This document shows positions 34,265-38,645 of a stretch of DNA of 38,645 nt, piece after piece. A model generated the notes under the pieces. That model had not been told where the DNA came from. It made no database searches and saw only the letters and a list, made by a program, of their open reading frames with translations. The stretch is from positions 133,995-172,639 of the forward strand of contig PS015041.1 in the NCBI GenBank assembly GCA_048213135.1, written 5' to 3'. The stretch's first letter is position 1, and each line of letters opens with the position of its first letter. Source of the stretch: Reclinomonas americana ATCC 50394. Lineage: Eukaryota. Both the position numbers and the translations under genes were made by a program.

Positions 34265-34825
34265 ATGAGCAAGTCGCCCACCTCTACCATTATCCTCGTC
34301 ATGGCCGCAACGATCTGCGTCTGCTGCGCCCTGCTGCAGGTCGCGGCGTACGTGGAGTCCAGCTGGCCGTGCACCAGCGCTTGTTGCGTGCACGCCACGC
34401 CACCCACATCCCCGCAAAACCCCAACCTCTCTCTCAAATACCCCTCCTTCCGTGCACAGCCTTCGGCATTCACCTCGGACACCACGACACCGAGGGCACT
34501 GTGCAGTGCGACGGCGTGCCCAACAATTCGACCATGTCCTTTGTCTTCGACGAGGGTTCAATTGTGGAGCCCGACACGTACGTCATTGTGCTCACCGACG
34601 CCAACGGCAATCAGGTGTGGAGCACCACAGAGCGTGGCTCCTCGCAGGGAGGCGTCGCCATTTCGTGGGGCGACCAGGTACTGTGTTCCGACAACCTGCT
34701 GTCCATGCCGCACGCACACCCCGCTCCTCACCGCCCTCGCCCCGTCGCAGAGCTACCACGTCGACTTTCGCTGCAGCAACTCCTTCCGCAGCTGCAAGGG
34801 CGAGTTCGCACCGATGTTCCACTGA
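34265..34825 (+). CDS. Small predicted secreted protein (~135 aa, 3 exons)
   Basis: A signal-peptide-like N-terminus MSKSPTSTIILVMAATICVCCALLQVAA is followed by in-phase introns at 34383-34459 and 34678-34750. The mature part is beta-rich (YVIVLTDANGNQVW...YHVDFRCSNSFRSCKGEF). Confidence 0.7.
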   Translation: MSKSPTSTIILVMAATICVCCALLQVAAYVESSWPCTSACCVHATPPTSPQNPNLSLKYPSFRAQPSAFTSDTTTPRALCSATACPTIRPCPLSSTRVQLWSPTRTSLCSPTPTAIRCGAPQSVAPRREASPFRGATRYCVPTTCCPCRTHTPLLTALAPSQSYHVDFRCSNSFRSCKGEFAPMFH

Positions 34826-35034
34826 AGGCACGGACTACGCGTCTGCTGCGCGCAAATGAAGCCAACCCCCTTCTTCCAAACAAAACATTTTCATTCATTA
34901 GTAACACAAGCGCACGAATGCCAGCCAAGAGACACTCGCGCACATTGGAGAACACACCACCACACACCTTTTCTCGTTAAACAACACCACTATGGAACTC
35001 ATTAATCACTAAAAAACCAGAAGAGACCCCCTGC

Positions 35035-38000
35035 TTACGCGGGAGTGGCGGTTGCCTGGGCCGCGGCCTCTGCCAGCGTCTGCTTGATCACCACGCGGAT
35101 CAAGTCGGTCAGTTGCTCCTTGTGCGGGTGACCAGAGATGAGGAATGTCGGCTCGGGCGTGGAGCTGGAATAGCGTGCACGCTCCAGGTCCTCGTCCATG
35201 GCCGCCACCAATCCCTACAGAAGCGAGAACACAGTGATGAGGGTCACGCGACGCACAACATATGTGTGTGTGTGCTTCGTGGTGACACTCACCATCGGCA
35301 ACTTGTTGAGCAGCATCTCGCGCAATCGCGGCCAACACCGCACCAACACGCTCATCATGCGAGCGCCGTGCCCGCTTGACATTTCCACCGCCACCATGCG
35401 ATGCTGCAAGAAGCGAGTGCCAGTTAGCACAAAATGCTCAGAGATACTCTGTTCTTCCAGGAAAAACACACCTCTTCCGCCGTCCACAAGTACCGATTGG
35501 CCATGTCGCTCAACCAATCCATGACATTGGCGTGACTCGAGCAGAGTGCATTGGGAACGCTCTGTGAGGCGTCGCCGCCATTGGAGCCATCCGACATCAC
35601 CGCATCATCGTCCTCCTGCGGTGGGGTATCGTCGCCATCGGCCATAGACACCCCGCCGACAGCGCCGAGACTGCCTTGAGTTGACGAGCGATGCGAGCCN
35701 NNNNNNNNNNNNNNNNNNNATACTCGACGGCGCCGTGACGTTGCCCGCAACCGGGACTAATGTCGACGGCGAGGGTGATGAAGAGGAAGAGGAGGGAGCA
35801 GTGAGCTGCTGTGACTGTGAACCTTGGTGCTGGTGGTGGTGGTTGTGGTGCTGCTGCTGTGGTTGTTGTTGAGCTTGTTGTTGCTGTTGTTGGTGGCTCT
35901 GAGGTCTCCGCATCTGACTGGCACCACCGGTGCGACGAACCCCCCCGGCTCCGGTACCGGCGGCGGCGGCGGCTGCCATGACGGCTGCGGCCGAGGCTGG
36001 AGGACCGGACAACCAACTCTCTGTATGGTCGGCAGACCAAAAAGTGGCACGTGAGCGCTGCTGTTGACTTTCGACCAGATTGGGGGGCGAAGGGGGGGCG
36101 AAGCCGCCTAGTCTCTGAGCTGCAGCCCATATTGAAGACAAACCGTGCATAGTCATGTTTCCGTTGGCTGCCGACGGCGATGACACTGGTTGCATCTGTG
36201 CTGCTGCGAGCGACTCGACTGATGGACTCGCTGCTGCTGCTGTTGCTGTTGTTGCTGCATGCCACGTGATTGTGCCACAACCGAGTTGAATCCGCCACCC
36301 GTGTGGGACTGCGCGCGCAGGCACGTCAGCATCATTGCATCGAGGGCACGAAACACAACACACAACACACATTCTCTGATGGTGACGAAACGCCAAGTGG
36401 TGGAAGTACGGGGTGATTGGCGTGGCGCGTCGGCGCCGTCTGCTTTGGCCGCGATCGCTCGTCGTCGGGCGACCTGTCGTCCGACCCGGTGCGAGACGGG
36501 CTGGCGCCTCCGTCGCTTCCGTTGGAGGCCGTGGACGACGAGCTGCCGGTGTTGTCGTAGTTGCCGGCCGACGACAAGGGCGAGCCTGCCGACGACATTT
36601 GCCCAGCCGCAGCCGCNNNNNNNNNNNNNNNNNNNNNNNNNNNNNNNNNNNNNNNNNNNNNNNNNNNNNNNNNNNNNNNNNNNNNNNNNNNNNNNNNNNN
36701 NNNNNNNNNNNNNNNNNNNNNNNNNNNNNNNNNNNNNNNNNNNNNNNNNNNNNNNNNNNNNNNNNNNNNNNNNNNNNNNNNNNNNNNNNNNNNNNNNNNN
36801 NNNNNNNNNNNNNNNNNNNNNNNNNNNNNNNNNNNNNNNNNNNNNNNNNNNNNNNNNNNNNNNNNNNNNNNNNNNNNNNNNNNNNNNNNNNNNNNNNNNN
36901 NNNNNNNNNNNNNNNNNNNNNNNNNNNNNNNNNNNNNNNNNNNNNNNNNNNNNNNNNNNNNNNNNNNNNNNNNNNNNNNNNNNNNNNNNNNNNNNNNNNN
37001 NNNNNNNNNNNNNNNNNNNNNNNNNNNNNNNNNNNNNNNNNNNNNNNNNNNNNNNNNNNNNNNNNNNNNNNNNNNNNNNNNNNNNNNNNNNNNNNNNNNN
37101 NNNNNNNNNNNNNNNNNNNNNNNNNNNNNNNNNNNNNNNNNNNNNNNNNNNNNNNNNNNNNNNNNNNNNNNNNNNNNNNNNNNNNNNNNNNNNNNNNNNN
37201 NNNNNAGCAGCAGCAGCGGCGGCGGCGGCGGGATTGCTAAACACAAACTGCTCGTACACCGGTGCCTTCTTGGCGGCGGCAGCGGCAGCAACGGCAGCCA
37301 CAGCCAGAGGCGAGAGCGCCGACGCAGGAAGCGGCATCATGGCCTGTGCCTCCAGCAGCCGCGCGGCCGCCGTAGCCGACTGCAACGGGCCCATGGAGAT
37401 GGGACTGGCGCCCACCAAGACACTGCTGCTGGTGCTGTTGCGCGGCGATGTCAGCACCGCGGCAGTGAACGCCGAGCCGGGCGCACTGCTGTCCACCGAC
37501 ATCTCCATGCCACTCGACGCCGACGACGAAGACATGGACGAGGGCGGCGATGGTGAGTTGGAGCTGGGCGAGCCAATCACAGCGGCAAAGTGGCGCGACT
37601 GTTGCTGTTGTTGCTGGGGGCGCGATTGGCTATGGCGCTGCAGCTCGGCAGCCAGTGTAGGCACCGCAGTCACTGCGGGCACTGCGCGCGCCTGACGCGC
37701 CGGCATCGAGGCCAGCGGCGACGGAGTCGACACCATGGCCGCAGCAGAAGAAGAGGAAGACGACGACCCGTGCTATCGTTTTTTCGCTTTTTTAGACAAG
37801 AGAATCAATCAGACAAAGGCAATCGAAAAAAAACAAACCTTTCGCTGCACGGCCTCGGTGACCTCGACAATGCGGACCTTGGACGGCATCGGAGGCGCGT
37901 CGTCAGAGAACCCCGACTCGTCACCACTGTGTCGCCGACTTGATCCTCTGCATGAGCGCGCGGAGAGATGAGAGCATGAATGGTTTCTGGATCGAAAGAA

Positions 38001-38540
38001 TCAGACTGAGGCCCGCTAAAAGACAGTGGAGAAAGAACAATTTTTAGCAAAACAGCACAATGACGACGAGGGAGGAGAGGGGAGGGAGGGAGTGACCAGC
38101 GACGGTAGATGCTTGTCACCGATATATGTGGAAAGAATAATACACAAAACAGGGAAGCGACAGCACAAAAGTCGGTGCAAAGGAATCGCATATGCGACTG
38201 AAAGAATCAATCGCTCAATGCGGAGTCACAGCTAAAAATCACCGGAGCAAAAAGCGCATGCACGACACATGTAGAACAACAGGGACAACACAATATGGAG
38301 CCGCATGACAACACACAAGCGGACGGAACGAGAGAGAGAGTGAAGGAGAAAAAACTGATTGTGCAAATCCCTCCCGGACAGCACCAAATGAAGATAAGTT
38401 AGGAAGGAGGGAGAAAGCAACGAACCCAGATTGTCGGTGCTTCTGCAGGTGCGACTTGATGTGCGACATGGAGAGGTTGGCGGGGCACTCAATCGACTGT
38501 CGCATGCGCATGAGAATGTTCTTGGGAGTGTCCGTCTTGC
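35035..38540 (-). CDS. GARP/G2-like Myb transcription factor, 5'-partial, with long Q/S/A-rich linker
   Basis: Exon 38426-38540 encodes GKTDTPKNILMRMR...NLSMSHIKSHLQKHR, matching the GARP signature TPK.I...M....L....+KSHLQK(Y/H)R. It splices in phase to GSSRRHSGDE... and on to ORF 36153-37736. The last exon ends ...AQATATPA* at 35035. Continuity across gaps 36617-37205 and 35700-35719 is assumed. Confidence 0.75.
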
Positions 38541-38614
38541 CTGCAATAGAGGAGAAGGATGAGCAAAAGGAGAGGGAGAGGGAAAGAGAGGGAGAAGGGG
38601 AAGGAGAAAGGAGA

Positions 38615-38645
<31 letters not shown>

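Noticed and set aside
1-38645. tRNA, rRNA or transposase/reverse-transcriptase genes
   Set aside because: None were recognised by eye on either strand. A covariance-model or HMM scan would be needed to exclude divergent ones.

Overview
This window is eukaryotic, gene-dense and intron-rich, with GC-rich exons, CT/GA/CA microsatellites and seven N-gaps. It most likely comes from a flagellated protist, since it carries both a CCDC180/FAP76-like cilia gene and a GARP-type Myb gene. From left to right: (i) a tandem array (~1.3 kb period, minus strand) of intronless 7-bladed WD40 genes with hypervariable top-face residues and a shared short C-terminal tail (one partial copy, two intact, one frameshifted, one decayed remnant); (ii) a large multi-exon hypothetical gene; (iii) TMEM115 head-to-head with CCDC180 across a 99-bp spacer; (iv) a second hypothetical gene; (v) an At3g57570-like ARM/HEAT gene; (vi) a probably lipid-anchored DUF4476-like protein; (vii) a TPR fragment; (viii) a small secreted protein; (ix) a GARP/Myb transcription factor running off the end. 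The three most notable signals are a recurrent atypical 5' splice-site class (H|GTTGMGT / H|GTTTCGT, about 14 cases), the HET-E-like diversifying WD40 array that lacks a NACHT domain, and a mis-oriented contig inside CCDC180 that joins seamlessly when flipped. All gene models were built by hand, and homology calls come from recalled motifs, not database searches.
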